A stretch of 64,000 nt of DNA, from assembly GCA_037128175.1 (NCBI GenBank), contig JBAXWY010000001.1, positions 32,001-96,000 on the forward strand, written 5' to 3'. Position 1 is the stretch's first letter. Each line of letters opens with the position of its first letter. A program made the position numbers and the translations under genes. Source of the DNA: Methanothrix sp. (GTDB taxonomy: Archaea > Halobacteriota > Methanosarcinia > Methanotrichales > Methanotrichaceae). Positions 1 to 10,048 of the stretch are shown piece by piece. Below the pieces are notes generated by a model. That model saw only the letters and a program-made list of their open reading frames with translations. It searched no databases and was not told where the DNA came from.

Positions 1-720
1 ATGCCTTGAGTCGTTTATAATCGAACCATCAATAATCAATTCGCATAATGGAACTTTTTCATGATTTTCAACTTTGATTTCAAATTCAACTGGCCTATCA
101 AAAGCAAGCCACGACCAGTTCTTTGGCCGGATCAGCTGAATAATGGGGCCATTTTCCAAGATGATATCGTTCGGTACATTTTGTAGATTTTTCTCATTAA
201 TAGAAGGAGATTCAGAAAGAGATCCAATGTTTGAAGCAGAATATCCCCCTGATGATATAGGCGAGATCCCTGAGCTATTTATCCCAGCCAGCCAGGCAGA
301 TCCTTCCCACTTTGGATACGAGCTTATCCTCCTGAATGTCCACTTAAGAGTATGGACATCTCCGTCATTAAGAGGGTATGAGAATTTTTTCCAGTCACGA
401 GAATCACATTCAAATACCTTTGAGCCGTTTATTTCAAACATAAGCTGCCCAATTTTTGAATAGCCTCCGTTCTTCCACCAAAAGCTTATGTCAACCGGGC
501 CTTTGACGCGTCCACATAGAATGCTGGACCCGGAGCACTCTATCGGCCCAGAACGTAGAGAGATATCTCCATCATGCGTGACTGAGCTATCTGCAACCCA
601 GGGGACACCTTCGCACCCAAAAAAATCAATGTTTTGGCCAAGGGCAAAGCCATTACAAATTATTATAAAGATAAGACATAATAGGAGTAAATAATATTTA
701 TGTGACGTAATATATATCAT
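1..720 (-). CDS. Secreted/surface protein, N-terminal part; runs off the left edge
   Basis: Hand-translated open frame from ATG at 720: MIYITSHKYYLLLLCLIFIIICNGFALGQNIDFFG...GPVDISFWWK...HTLKWTF. Signal-peptide-like start, beta-rich domain, no stop before base 1, low GC. Absent from the ORF track. Confidence 0.75.
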   Translation of the reverse strand, partial: MIYITSHKYYLLLLCLIFIIICNGFALGQNIDFFGCEGVPWVADSSVTHDGDISLRSGPIECSGSSILCGRVKGPVDISFWWKNGGYSKIGQLMFEINGSKVFECDSRDWKKFSYPLNDGDVHTLKWTFRRISSYPKWEGSAWLAGINSSGISPISSGGYSASNIGSLSESPSINEKNLQNVPNDIILENGPIIQLIRPKNWSWLAFDRPVEFEIKVENHEKVPLCELIIDGSIINDSRH

Positions 721-1108
721 AGATTCTATTATCTCCTAAGATAAGAGGATGCTATATCAGATAGCATAACTATAATCTCCCTACCTACATTGTTTGCATT
801 CCTCAAGAGTGAGATATATATCTTTCGCAGAACCTGGTTGATTTCATTTTATTTGCGATTTTATCACATCAGCCATCTAAATAAATTAAACACGCATTTT
901 TTTATAAAAAATAATAACAACAACCAACTGCCAAAAATGGCAACCCGATTTTGTGCATCTTTTCCACCCTTGCTTTTTCGGATATAATGCGCGCACAGCT
1001 CCATCTCGAATAAACCATCGCGATCAAAAACACGAGAGCATCACAACAATCAGAATCTGCTGTTTGCAGGGAAAAAGATTATAATCAGCGCGCGTCGTTT
1101 GCATCTAA

Positions 1109-2164
1109 ATGAATCTCACAACGGAGGGCGCCATCACCTTCGAGACGGAGGGTGCTTTCTACAATCCCAAGATGCTTCTTAACCGCGATATCGGCGTAGC
1201 CATGGCCAGCACCCTGGGCCTCTCCGACTATCTGGACGCCCTATCTGCCAGCGGCATTCGCGGGCTAAGAGTGGCTAAGGAAGCCGGTGTAGAAAAAGTG
1301 ACCTTAAACGACGTCAGTCCCCAGGCTTGCCGGCTCATGGAAAAAAACCTGAGTCGAAACGGTCTGGCCGGCACAGTAACCTGCTGCGATGCCAATGTCC
1401 TATTGCACCAGCAGCACTTCCAGGCAGTGGACCTGGACCCCTTCGGCTCACCCTCGTCCTATCTTTCCGCAGCCAGCAGGTCCGCTCTTTCTTATCTATT
1501 TATCACCGCCACCGACACCGCCCCCCTCTGCGGTGCCCATCTCATGAGCGGTATCAGAAAGTACATGGCAGTTCCCCTACGTACAGACTATCACCGGGAG
1601 ATGGGGGCCAGAATTCTGCTCGGCCTGGCGGCACGCGAGCTGGCCCGTCTGGATAAAGCCATGCAGCCCATGCTCACCCACGTTACCGATCACTATGTGA
1701 GAACTTACCTGCGTGTGATCAAGGGGGCAAAAGCAGCCGACCGATGTCTGGAAAAACTGGGCTATGTCGAGCACTGCCGTAGCTGCGGCAGCTTTGTTCT
1801 CCTGGAAAAGCCCTGGCCTGTGGGGCAGTGCGGTCATTGCTCAGGCAAGACGGCTTTGGCCGGCCCTCTGTGGCTGGGCGGGATACAGGAAGCGCAGATA
1901 ATCGAGAAGGCCTCTGCTTGGGAGGGGCACAGCCGCCGGGCAAAAAAACTCCTCGACACATGTGCGAGCGAAGTCGAGGTGCCCATGTACTATGATCATC
2001 ATAGCATCTGCGAGAGGCTGCACATCACCCCCGGCAAGATAGATGATGCAATAGAGCGGTTGCTCGAGGGCGGACATAGGGCTTCCCGCACTCATTTTTC
2101 GGGACTGGGCATCAAGACCGATGCCGGTATGACCGATGTCGAGGCAGCCATAAGACCTGCTTGA
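1109..2164 (+). CDS. trm1: tRNA (guanine26-N2)-dimethyltransferase
   Basis: FYNPKMLLNRD, DALSASGIRGLR, DLDPFGSP, TATDTAPLCG and zinc ribbon-GPLWLG motifs. Confidence 0.95.
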   Translation: MNLTTEGAITFETEGAFYNPKMLLNRDIGVAMASTLGLSDYLDALSASGIRGLRVAKEAGVEKVTLNDVSPQACRLMEKNLSRNGLAGTVTCCDANVLLHQQHFQAVDLDPFGSPSSYLSAASRSALSYLFITATDTAPLCGAHLMSGIRKYMAVPLRTDYHREMGARILLGLAARELARLDKAMQPMLTHVTDHYVRTYLRVIKGAKAADRCLEKLGYVEHCRSCGSFVLLEKPWPVGQCGHCSGKTALAGPLWLGGIQEAQIIEKASAWEGHSRRAKKLLDTCASEVEVPMYYDHHSICERLHITPGKIDDAIERLLEGGHRASRTHFSGLGIKTDAGMTDVEAAIRPA

Positions 2165-2241
2165 TTTCGTAATAATTTATAAAAAGTTCTATCTGTTTTT
2201 CAACCTAAAACTTAATAAAGGAGAAGAGACCTAATAGTGAT

Positions 2242-2340
2242 AGCTGCATTATGATAGGATAGTGCAGGAATTCGCGGCACGAGGTGACGTTTATTACCCC
2301 CTTCATTGCTACTCCCTTTCGCATCTCGTGCCATCCCTAG
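2242..2340 (+). ncRNA. Candidate small RNA or structured 5' leader (two hairpins, C/U-rich loop)
   Basis: TATA-like AAAA-CTTAATAA at about 2207-2218. Stem CTGCATTAT/ATAGTGCAG (2244-2267). Stem GGCACGAGGTG/CATCTCGTGCC (2276-2332) encloses ACCCCC and ACTCCC motifs. Confidence 0.4.
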
Positions 2341-2362
2341 TTATATTTTAGCAGGTTCTAAA

Positions 2363-2743
2363 ATGCAGTTCACATCCTACTTGACTTATTTAGCGGGCTC
2401 CGACCTGCGGCTGGTCGTATATTTCCTCATGGGTGGAACGGTGACGGCTCTCACAGCCTACTTCGCCAGCCAGGGGCGAGGCATGCTCTCCGCCTTCATA
2501 ACTACTCTGCCCTTGCTCACGGTTTTCAGTTTTTTGCTAATCTATGCCGAGGGCGGCAGCAAGACAGTGGAAGAGTATGCCAAAAGCCTTCTCATCTTCA
2601 CTCCACCATGGCTCTGCTATGTCACCATCGTCCTCCTGGGAGTTAATCGCATAGGAATAGCCAAGAGCCTGATCCTGGGGGTCCTTTTCTTCGTGGTCCT
2701 ATCCGTCCTCCTGGAAAAAATGCTGCCCGGCACAAAACTGTAA
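2363..2743 (+). CDS. Small 4-TM membrane protein (DUF3147/GlpM-like)
   Basis: Four hydrophobic segments with FLMGGTV and ITTLP motifs. Start moved to ATG at 2363. Confidence 0.65.
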   Translation: MQFTSYLTYLAGSDLRLVVYFLMGGTVTALTAYFASQGRGMLSAFITTLPLLTVFSFLLIYAEGGSKTVEEYAKSLLIFTPPWLCYVTIVLLGVNRIGIAKSLILGVLFFVVLSVLLEKMLPGTKL

Positions 2744-2769
2744 AATAATAGTTTGGTTAAGGCAAGGCC

Positions 2770-3432
2770 ATGAAAATTGCTCTCGTTGGCGGAACCGGCG
2801 ATATCGGCACGGGATTTGCCGTGCGCTGGGGGCAAAAGCATGAGATCATCATCGGCTCACGAAATGTTGACAAAGCCAGGGAGAGCGCAGCCGCTGTATT
2901 GCAACTCTTAGGAGCCTTAGGTAATGTGCAGGGCGCGGACAACGCCAGTGCCGTTGCTGGGGCTGATGTGGTCGTGCTGTGCGTGCCCTATGAGCATCTG
3001 GCTTCTGTTACAACCGGTCTGTTAGACTCCTACAAGAGCCAGCTCGTCATCTCGCCCGTGGTGCCCATGATTTACAACGGCAAGTTTTTCCAGTACCAAC
3101 CCCCCCCCGAGGGAAGCGCAGCCCTGCAGGCAAGGATGTTGCTGCCAAAAGACGTTAGAGTGGTCTCTGCCTTTCATACCATCTGCGCCGCGGCTTTGCA
3201 GGATATTGAGAGGGTGATGAAGGCGGATGCTTTTATCTGTGGCGATGATGCAGAGGCGATAAAGATCACTATGGAGCTTGCCGGTGAGATAAAGAGCCTC
3301 CGACCACTGAACGCGGGTCCTCTGGCCGTCTCCCCCATGATAGAGAGCCTGACACCCTTTCTGCTCAATGTAGCCCGCAAGAACAAGATCAAGGATGCGG
3401 GAATAACCGTCGTTTCCGAGCGAAAAAATTAA
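2770..3432 (+). CDS. npdG: NADPH-dependent F420 reductase
   Basis: MKIALVGGTGDIG Rossmann fold; IGSR, VVSAFH and ICGDD motifs. Confidence 0.92.
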   Translation: MKIALVGGTGDIGTGFAVRWGQKHEIIIGSRNVDKARESAAAVLQLLGALGNVQGADNASAVAGADVVVLCVPYEHLASVTTGLLDSYKSQLVISPVVPMIYNGKFFQYQPPPEGSAALQARMLLPKDVRVVSAFHTICAAALQDIERVMKADAFICGDDAEAIKITMELAGEIKSLRPLNAGPLAVSPMIESLTPFLLNVARKNKIKDAGITVVSERKN

Positions 3433-4724
3433 AAATAATTAAGAATTAAAGAATAGCCATTTTTTATCATATCCCAGATCATATCTGCTGAAAGGTTCAG
3501 TCCCAGCCAATGCCAGATGAGATAGACGCCAACGAACATCCCTAGCATGGCACCCACGTTTGAAAGTGCCGCCACTAAGATGACCTTAAAGAGGCGGTTT
3601 TGCATCATCTGATTATAGTTGTCTGCAGCTGCCAGCGCTTTCAGGTCGGAAACTGTCGGCTTGAGCTTCCAGGCCTCCACCATTCCGGCAAACCAGCCCG
3701 CTGCCACAAAGGGATTGAGGGTCGTCATCCAGGCCACCAGGAGCGCCGTAAGTGCGGAGAGCGGATGGCCTCTGGCCAAGACGACTCCTAAAGCCGACAG
3801 CCCTCCGGTTACTACGAACCAGATGATACAGGCCTGGAGAATGATCTCGCTGGACTTTGCCGTGATCAGCACCAGACCAATGGTGACCAGGATAAGTAGG
3901 CTCACCACTACCCCAAATATCTTGACAAAGGTGATCTTTTTGCCGGGCTTCTCATTCAAGCCTTCCAGGGCAGGAATATTCTCGGGATGCTCCAGATGCT
4001 TGAGAATGCCCTCTCTGTGGCCCGCCCCCACCACGGCCAGCACCCGGCCCTGCTTGGAGAGCAAGTGCAGATTACGAGCCAGGTAGGCGTCGCGCTCATC
4101 CACCAGCACGTTCGCCGCCCCTGGGGAGATCTTCCTAAACTCCGAGATCATCTGGGAGACAATATCTGCCTGAGTGATGCTGTCGATATCAATCTCTTCT
4201 TCATCGCCCCAGCCAAGAGCTGCCGGGACCAGGGATCCGACAAGCCTGATCTTATCAAAAAATCCCATAGCCGACCAGAAGCGCTGAATGGTAATGCCAA
4301 TGTCCCTATCGACCAGTGCCACCCGCGCCCCCGCTTTCTTGGCAGCTTCTATGGCCGCCAGCATCTCCGAGCCGGGTTTGACTCCCAGCTCCTCGCCGAT
4401 CTTTCTCTGGATATAGGCCAAAAACAACTGCACCAGGAAGAAAAAGAGTTTTCCGCCACTCAAAAGCTCGCTGATCTTGATCTCCTTCTCTACTTCCTGG
4501 CCGATAAGAGCCCGATAGCGAGCAGGACACAGCTCTACAGCCACGATATCGGGCCGCGTCTCCTCTATTTTGCTGATTACTTCCTGGACGCTTTTCTCTG
4601 AGACATGGGCCGTTCCTACTATTATGATCTCATGGGACTCGCTGCCAGCGGGCGTCTCCCCCGGCTCCACCAGCCGGCAAGAAGAAGCGTCGGCTTCTTT
4701 CATCGTTTCCGTCGTATTCTCCAA
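3429..4724 (-). CDS. TraB/GumN (PrgY-like) family membrane protein
   Basis: IVGTAHVS, VAVELC, PGSEM, LVDERD and AVVGAGH motifs; C-terminal TM helices. Confidence 0.9.
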   Translation of the reverse strand: MENTTETMKEADASSCRLVEPGETPAGSESHEIIIVGTAHVSEKSVQEVISKIEETRPDIVAVELCPARYRALIGQEVEKEIKISELLSGGKLFFFLVQLFLAYIQRKIGEELGVKPGSEMLAAIEAAKKAGARVALVDRDIGITIQRFWSAMGFFDKIRLVGSLVPAALGWGDEEEIDIDSITQADIVSQMISEFRKISPGAANVLVDERDAYLARNLHLLSKQGRVLAVVGAGHREGILKHLEHPENIPALEGLNEKPGKKITFVKIFGVVVSLLILVTIGLVLITAKSSEIILQACIIWFVVTGGLSALGVVLARGHPLSALTALLVAWMTTLNPFVAAGWFAGMVEAWKLKPTVSDLKALAAADNYNQMMQNRLFKVILVAALSNVGAMLGMFVGVYLIWHWLGLNLSADMIWDMIKNGYSLILNYF

Positions 4725-4736
4725 ATTGATTACCTC

Positions 4737-5846
4737 TCACTGCACGAGCTCAATGGCCCTGACCAGGTCCTCCCTGGAGACGATGCCCACCAATCGGCCC
4801 TCATCGATCACAGGCAGTCGGCGAATTTGCATTTCATTCATCATCTTCATGGCAGTCGATGCCTCCTCCAGAGGTCCGATCAAATATAACTTTCTTGCCA
4901 TCACCTGATCTACGCGAGTATGGGTCCTCTCCGCTTCTGGAACCCTCTGCAGATCGGTCAAGGTGATAATTCCCGCCAGGGCTTCGCCAGACATTACCGG
5001 ATAGCCTCTATGTTTTTCCCGGAACATCAGCTCTTTTAGCTCTTCAAGCGTCATTTCCGAAGCGATGCTACGCACCGGGGCGGACATTATGTCTCGCACT
5101 GATATTCCCTCCAGGCTGACGCTTATTTCCGTGGCCTTCTCCTCTTCAGATGCACCCACATAAACGAAGAATGCCACAAAGAGTAGCATGAAATTTAAGG
5201 AGGACAGGCCCAGCAGAAACATGAGAGTCGCGAAGACCTTTCCGATATCCGCAGCTCGCCGGGTAGCTTTTACATAAGGCATGCGGGTGGCAAACCAGGC
5301 CCGCAAGAGGCGGCCTCCATCCATAGGAAATGCAGGGAGGAGATTGAAGGCCATGAGGATGAGATTCATGATGCCTAAAGTCCAGAACATGATGGCCAGA
5401 GCATTTCCCGCACCACCAAAAGCGGCGGCCGGTCCGGCCAAGTAAACCGAGATCAATCCCAGCACGCCGCTTACAGCCGGTCCGGCAAAGGCCATCTGCA
5501 GCTCCAGGCGGGGATTTCTGGGGATCTCCTCCATGGAAGCCACTCCGCCAAAGAAGTAGAGAGTTATGCTCTTTATGCCAATGCCGTTCTTGTGGGCGAT
5601 ATATGAATGCCCCAGCTCATGCAGGGCCACGCAGGCGAAGAGCACTACGGCAAAGAGCAGAGAATAAATCAATCGCAGCTGTGCCGGCTCAATGCCGCCG
5701 AAACCATAAGTCTTTCCGTAGACGATCTGGCTGAAAGAGGCAAAAGCCCAGGCAACATATAGGATGACCAACAGAAATGTCCAGTGTAGCCGCACTGGTA
5801 TGTCCATGATCTTTCCAAGCTCCAGAGAAGAGTTCATAGGAGACAT
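4737..5846 (-). CDS. Site-2 (M50) membrane metalloprotease with tandem CBS domains
   Basis: HELGH, FNLLPAFPMDGGR and a C-terminal CBS pair. Confidence 0.93.
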   Translation of the reverse strand: MSPMNSSLELGKIMDIPVRLHWTFLLVILYVAWAFASFSQIVYGKTYGFGGIEPAQLRLIYSLLFAVVLFACVALHELGHSYIAHKNGIGIKSITLYFFGGVASMEEIPRNPRLELQMAFAGPAVSGVLGLISVYLAGPAAAFGGAGNALAIMFWTLGIMNLILMAFNLLPAFPMDGGRLLRAWFATRMPYVKATRRAADIGKVFATLMFLLGLSSLNFMLLFVAFFVYVGASEEEKATEISVSLEGISVRDIMSAPVRSIASEMTLEELKELMFREKHRGYPVMSGEALAGIITLTDLQRVPEAERTHTRVDQVMARKLYLIGPLEEASTAMKMMNEMQIRRLPVIDEGRLVGIVSREDLVRAIELVQ

Positions 5847-5885
5847 TTAAACGCTGGCATTAATAGATCTTTTGACAACTAATTT

Positions 5886-5950
5886 AAAGAGAGCGGGTAG
5901 GAGAGTGGGGGGTTCAGTGTGGATTTCAAAAACTAGGATTACCCGCTCAA
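5886..5950 (-). ncRNA. Candidate small RNA, copy 1 of the GAGCGGGTA...TACCCGCTC hairpin family
   Basis: Perfect 9-bp terminal stem (5891-5899/5940-5948) with a C-rich loop. Minus-strand GATAAA-TTTATATC promoter-like motif about 22 nt upstream. Homologous to 25024-25082. Confidence 0.55.
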
Positions 5951-5951
5951 A

Positions 5952-6539
5952 TTATTGAAGTGACGGAGAAGATATAAATTTATCCCTTGAATAGGCTTTT
6001 ACAAGATATCTTACCTGAGCGCTATGCTCTGCCATACAGGCTGCCGTATAAGCATCAGAGAGACTATTGCCGGCGGCAAATACGCCATGGCCGCGAGCAA
6101 TACATGCCTTATGAGTTTGCAGGGCAGAAGATGCAGCCATGGCCAGCTCATTTGTGCCGATTTGGCCCTCAACAATGGGCATTGTTCCTAAAAAGACCTT
6201 GCCCTCGCCATCCAGCGGCTCTACGATCTTTCGCTCCAATAGAGATAGTGCCACTGCATAAGGAGAATGAGTGTGAATGATGGCCATGTTTATAGTGCTC
6301 TGGTAGATGGCCCGGTGAACACAGGTCTCGCTGCTGGCAATCTTGTCCTGATCGCAGGGATGGCTTAAATCAACCTCCACCACCAATTCTTCCTCCAGCT
6401 CGTCAAGCATGCTGCCGGTGCAGGTTATAAAGATCCGACCTTCCCGCAGGAGGCTGATATTTCCGAAGCGGGAGCTGGTAAGCCCGGAAATAACCAACTT
6501 CTTGCCGAAACGGGCGATCTCTTGCCAGGCTAAAGACAT
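5952..6539 (-). CDS. Class II aldolase/adducin family protein (FucA-like)
   Basis: GNIS, ASSETCVH, IIHTHSPY and GHGVFAAG motifs; start at ATG 6539. Confidence 0.9.
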   Translation of the reverse strand: MSLAWQEIARFGKKLVISGLTSSRFGNISLLREGRIFITCTGSMLDELEEELVVEVDLSHPCDQDKIASSETCVHRAIYQSTINMAIIHTHSPYAVALSLLERKIVEPLDGEGKVFLGTMPIVEGQIGTNELAMAASSALQTHKACIARGHGVFAAGNSLSDAYTAACMAEHSAQVRYLVKAYSRDKFISSPSLQ

Positions 6540-6546
6540 ACCAGCT

Positions 6547-8436
6547 TCACTCCTTCTCCAATAGACGGAAAGGGACCGCCTTATCGTCCACCTCCCCGAA
6601 TTTACCCAGCAAGTCAACCTTTACCTGGTAGTCGCCAGGAGTCCAAAAGCTCGTCTCCCAGCGGGCAGAGAAGATGCCGTTGCCGTCGAAGTCATCCATG
6701 GGTATCTCCATATTTCGGTCCGGCCCTACGATGTTGGCGTTTATGGCCCTGATATCGCCTAAAGCCTGCGCTTCGATCATGACCGGCTCGCCTACAGAGG
6801 CATCGTTTCGGTTTAGCTTAATCTCCTCGATAACAGGGGGCGACAGCCCCGACCGAGTCGCACTGATGCTTTGCAGGGCACCGGTCAGATTAAGAGCCCC
6901 ATAGCCGTAAACATTATCAGGCCCAGGCGGGCCCAGATCGTCAGCAGTCTTGAGTAGCACCCTCTTTACATCAGCCGGGGCAAGATCAGGCTTTGCTTCC
7001 AGCAACAGCGCCACTGCCCCGGATACTTGAGGAACGGCCATCGATGTGCCGCTCAATGAGCTCTTGCCGCTCTTTGATCCAGCCAGGGCGGAGACTACAT
7101 CCACACCCAACGTGACCAGATCGGGCTTGGTGTCCCCTTTGGCCGTCGGCCCGCGCGAGGATAGTTCGAAGATAGTGCCAGAACTGTCCACAGCCCCCAC
7201 GGTTACCACGTTCTCGGCATCGCCTGGAATGACAATGGATGAAGCGGCAGGACCGGAGTTTCCTGCTGCCACACACATAACCAGCCCCTGTTCCACCATT
7301 TTGTTGCAGGCTTCATCCAGGAGAGACGTGCCGTCCGAAGGGCTCTCGCCACCCACGGAAAAGGATACTACCCTAATTCCGTAACGCTCTTTATTCTCCA
7401 GGCACCAGTCCAGTGCGTTTAGGGCATCAGATAGATAGCATGCACCTTCTCGGTCCATGACCTTTATCACTACCAGCTTTGCTCCCGGTGCCACGCCTGT
7501 GCCCTTCTCTCCGGCGACTAGGCTGGCACAATGGGTGCCATGATCGTTGTCATCGTAGGAAGCAGTTTGATTGTTCACGAAATCCTTGAAGGCCACAATT
7601 TTGCCTGCCAGGGCCTTGTGATCACGATCCGCACCAGTATCAATGAGGGCCACAGTCACGCCCTCCCCCGTGTAGCCTTTATTCATCCTGGGGTCATCAA
7701 TAATCCATGGATCATCGCGTGAAGTGGAGAGCGTTGACGGACCGCTAGCCTCGTCGGGCAGCGCCAAAACCTTCAGCTTCTGGTCCTTGTAGATGCCCCT
7801 AACACCATTGGTTCTGGCAATCTTCTCCAGCTTGTCGCTGGATACCGTCAAGGCGCTCCCCGGCAAGATATGGAAGCGATCCGCGGATGTAGCGACATTG
7901 CTCAGATTGCCGTCATGAAGGACGATCACCCTCAGATCCTTCCCGCCTTGCTTTTCCAGGCTGTCCTCGATTCCATTGCCGTTGAGATCATTGGGGTCGC
8001 GAATGGTAAGGGTTGCTGATTCGTCCTTTGCCGCATTGCCGGATTTGTCAATGGCCACAATTGTAACCTTGTAGGCTCCGGGCGGCAGGTTGGAGCCGCA
8101 GTATCCTGTATATCTGCCGTCTTGATTCAGATCCAGCATGAGGTTCATGCGACTACCGATATCGGCATAGACCATCTCTATGCTGCCGGCATCATGGACA
8201 AAAGCGTTGATCTCGCTTCTGGGTGCACCCATCTTCAGCGCCGATGGATTTACGCTCACTCCATAAACGACCGGAGGCATACCGTCATCCGCGTTTGGCT
8301 TGAAGTAGCTGTCATATTCCTTTTCAAACCAGATGCTGGCCTTGTTGTTATCGAGCGCATTTTGCATGGGGAAAGCGGCCGCACTGCTAAGCAGAGCGGC
8401 CAATAAAATAAAATAGGCAAATGAGCTGGAGTTCAC
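6547..8436 (-). CDS. Secreted S8 subtilisin-like serine protease with N- and C-terminal Ig-like modules
   Basis: Signal peptide; catalytic triad motifs IDTG, HGTHCAS and SGTSMAVP; AAGNSG oxyanion hole. Confidence 0.92.
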   Translation of the reverse strand: MNSSSFAYFILLAALLSSAAAFPMQNALDNNKASIWFEKEYDSYFKPNADDGMPPVVYGVSVNPSALKMGAPRSEINAFVHDAGSIEMVYADIGSRMNLMLDLNQDGRYTGYCGSNLPPGAYKVTIVAIDKSGNAAKDESATLTIRDPNDLNGNGIEDSLEKQGGKDLRVIVLHDGNLSNVATSADRFHILPGSALTVSSDKLEKIARTNGVRGIYKDQKLKVLALPDEASGPSTLSTSRDDPWIIDDPRMNKGYTGEGVTVALIDTGADRDHKALAGKIVAFKDFVNNQTASYDDNDHGTHCASLVAGEKGTGVAPGAKLVVIKVMDREGACYLSDALNALDWCLENKERYGIRVVSFSVGGESPSDGTSLLDEACNKMVEQGLVMCVAAGNSGPAASSIVIPGDAENVVTVGAVDSSGTIFELSSRGPTAKGDTKPDLVTLGVDVVSALAGSKSGKSSLSGTSMAVPQVSGAVALLLEAKPDLAPADVKRVLLKTADDLGPPGPDNVYGYGALNLTGALQSISATRSGLSPPVIEEIKLNRNDASVGEPVMIEAQALGDIRAINANIVGPDRNMEIPMDDFDGNGIFSARWETSFWTPGDYQVKVDLLGKFGEVDDKAVPFRLLEKE

Positions 8437-8448
8437 ACTTAGCTCCAG

Positions 8449-10026
8449 TTATTCATTCCCAAGATTCTTATATTTACTGGTGCCGACAACCTCAATTTGC
8501 ATGGCATCCGGGAAGGTCTCGGTGGTCTCACCTAAAGTGGCCACAATATCTACCCGGTAGGCGCCGGTTGCCACATTAGCATTCCAAATTCCGGCAAACT
8601 CGTCTCCGTCAGATTTGATGCGTTTCATTACAACCCGCGAGACTGTATCACCCGATGGGCTCAATATCTGAGCCGATACAGTGAAACCTTTTTCCGCCGC
8701 GCTTTTTTGTGCCTGAGATGTGGAGCCGATCAACACCGCGCCACCGGTGCTACTCAGGTCGGCATATCCTTGCGGCGAGCCAAATCCACAGGTAGCGCAT
8801 CCTTTGATGGTCAGAATAGTTTCGTTGCCGCTCCGGTTAACGTTTTTTGGCAGGCCGGCAGAGCTTATGTTCTTCCCTTCGAAGAGCGCCGTTATCTGAA
8901 CAACATCTCCTATCTTGGCGGGATTGGGCTTGGCATAAGCCTTCTGCAAGGCGATGTCCAATTTAGGCGAATTGGCCTGCCAATCCTGCCAGGAGTAAAT
9001 TCTGGCATCATAGTCCAACAGAGTCAAGGCGAGCCAGATCATGGAAGCCTTGACGCCGGTATTGGTGTAGACTACAACGGACCTATTTTTATCCAGAGAA
9101 GAGAATAGATTACCCAGCTCTTCTTTATCCTTGATCCTTTTGTCGTCCAGGACTCGATCATAAGGAATATTTACGCTTCCTGATACAGATCCTACATCAA
9201 ATTCCTTGGCAGTTCTGGCATCTATGATCTGGGGCGTGCCGCTATGCACAAACTCATAAGTGGCCAGGAGATCGGACTTTATGGAAGGAGTATAGGTCTG
9301 AGAAGATAAAGACGCAGAATGTGTTACCGTGGGCCGCTGGGCTGCCACCCAGTCGTCGATGCCTCCGTCCAGCAGTTTGACATTCTTATGGCCCAGATAC
9401 AACATTATCCAGTAAACATAAGTTGCAGCCGATGGCCCTCCGCCGCAAGGCTGGCATTCACCATAAATTAGGACCGCATCATCCTCTGATATGCCTGCCT
9501 CTCCTAAAACTGCCGCCATCTCGGACACGGGCTTAAGAACGCCCCCCGGACCAAGAAATTCGGTATAAGGGATGCTTATAGCTCCGGGAATATACTCGGT
9601 AGAGCTCGGGCTGATATCAAGAATTATACCTGAACCATTGGCGCTCTCCAGGGGCACCAGAACAGAGGCAAAGCCATCGCTTCTCTTTGCATTTATGTGG
9701 CTGCTGAGCAAAGCGCTGGAGACCTTGCTGTCTGTTGGACTTTGTGCCCCTGTTACTGATGCTAATGCCTTGATTTTCTCTGCTTGCAAGGAAGGATTGT
9801 TCTCCCTGTTGTACTTGGGATTGACAAGACCACCTGTGCTGGACATCACCTCTGTTGTTGCATTCTCTTTGCCCAGGAACACCGCCCACTCGTTATTCAG
9901 CACGTCCTGTTGAGTGGTAGGCGATCCGCCTTTGCAGAGGGAGCATTCTCCATTGACGTTGGATACAGCACCTGCAAATATCGCCATCATTAGCAGGATG
10001 CACATGGCAATTCTTGAGATAATCAT
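8449..10026 (-). CDS. Secreted tandem-rhodanese (sulfurtransferase-like) protein with C-terminal Ig-like module
   Basis: Signal peptide; YIPGAISIP, LLDGGIDDW and IIDART rhodanese signatures; three CxxC motifs. Confidence 0.85.
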   Translation of the reverse strand: MIISRIAMCILLMMAIFAGAVSNVNGECSLCKGGSPTTQQDVLNNEWAVFLGKENATTEVMSSTGGLVNPKYNRENNPSLQAEKIKALASVTGAQSPTDSKVSSALLSSHINAKRSDGFASVLVPLESANGSGIILDISPSSTEYIPGAISIPYTEFLGPGGVLKPVSEMAAVLGEAGISEDDAVLIYGECQPCGGGPSAATYVYWIMLYLGHKNVKLLDGGIDDWVAAQRPTVTHSASLSSQTYTPSIKSDLLATYEFVHSGTPQIIDARTAKEFDVGSVSGSVNIPYDRVLDDKRIKDKEELGNLFSSLDKNRSVVVYTNTGVKASMIWLALTLLDYDARIYSWQDWQANSPKLDIALQKAYAKPNPAKIGDVVQITALFEGKNISSAGLPKNVNRSGNETILTIKGCATCGFGSPQGYADLSSTGGAVLIGSTSQAQKSAAEKGFTVSAQILSPSGDTVSRVVMKRIKSDGDEFAGIWNANVATGAYRVDIVATLGETTETFPDAMQIEVVGTSKYKNLGNE

Positions 10027-10048
10027 GGCCTTTGCCCTCGAATACTAT

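Noticed and set aside
143-987. Plus-strand ORFs 143-463, 488-694 and 790-987
   Set aside because: The first two are antisense to the 1-720 gene; the third is AT-rich intergenic sequence with non-protein-like composition.
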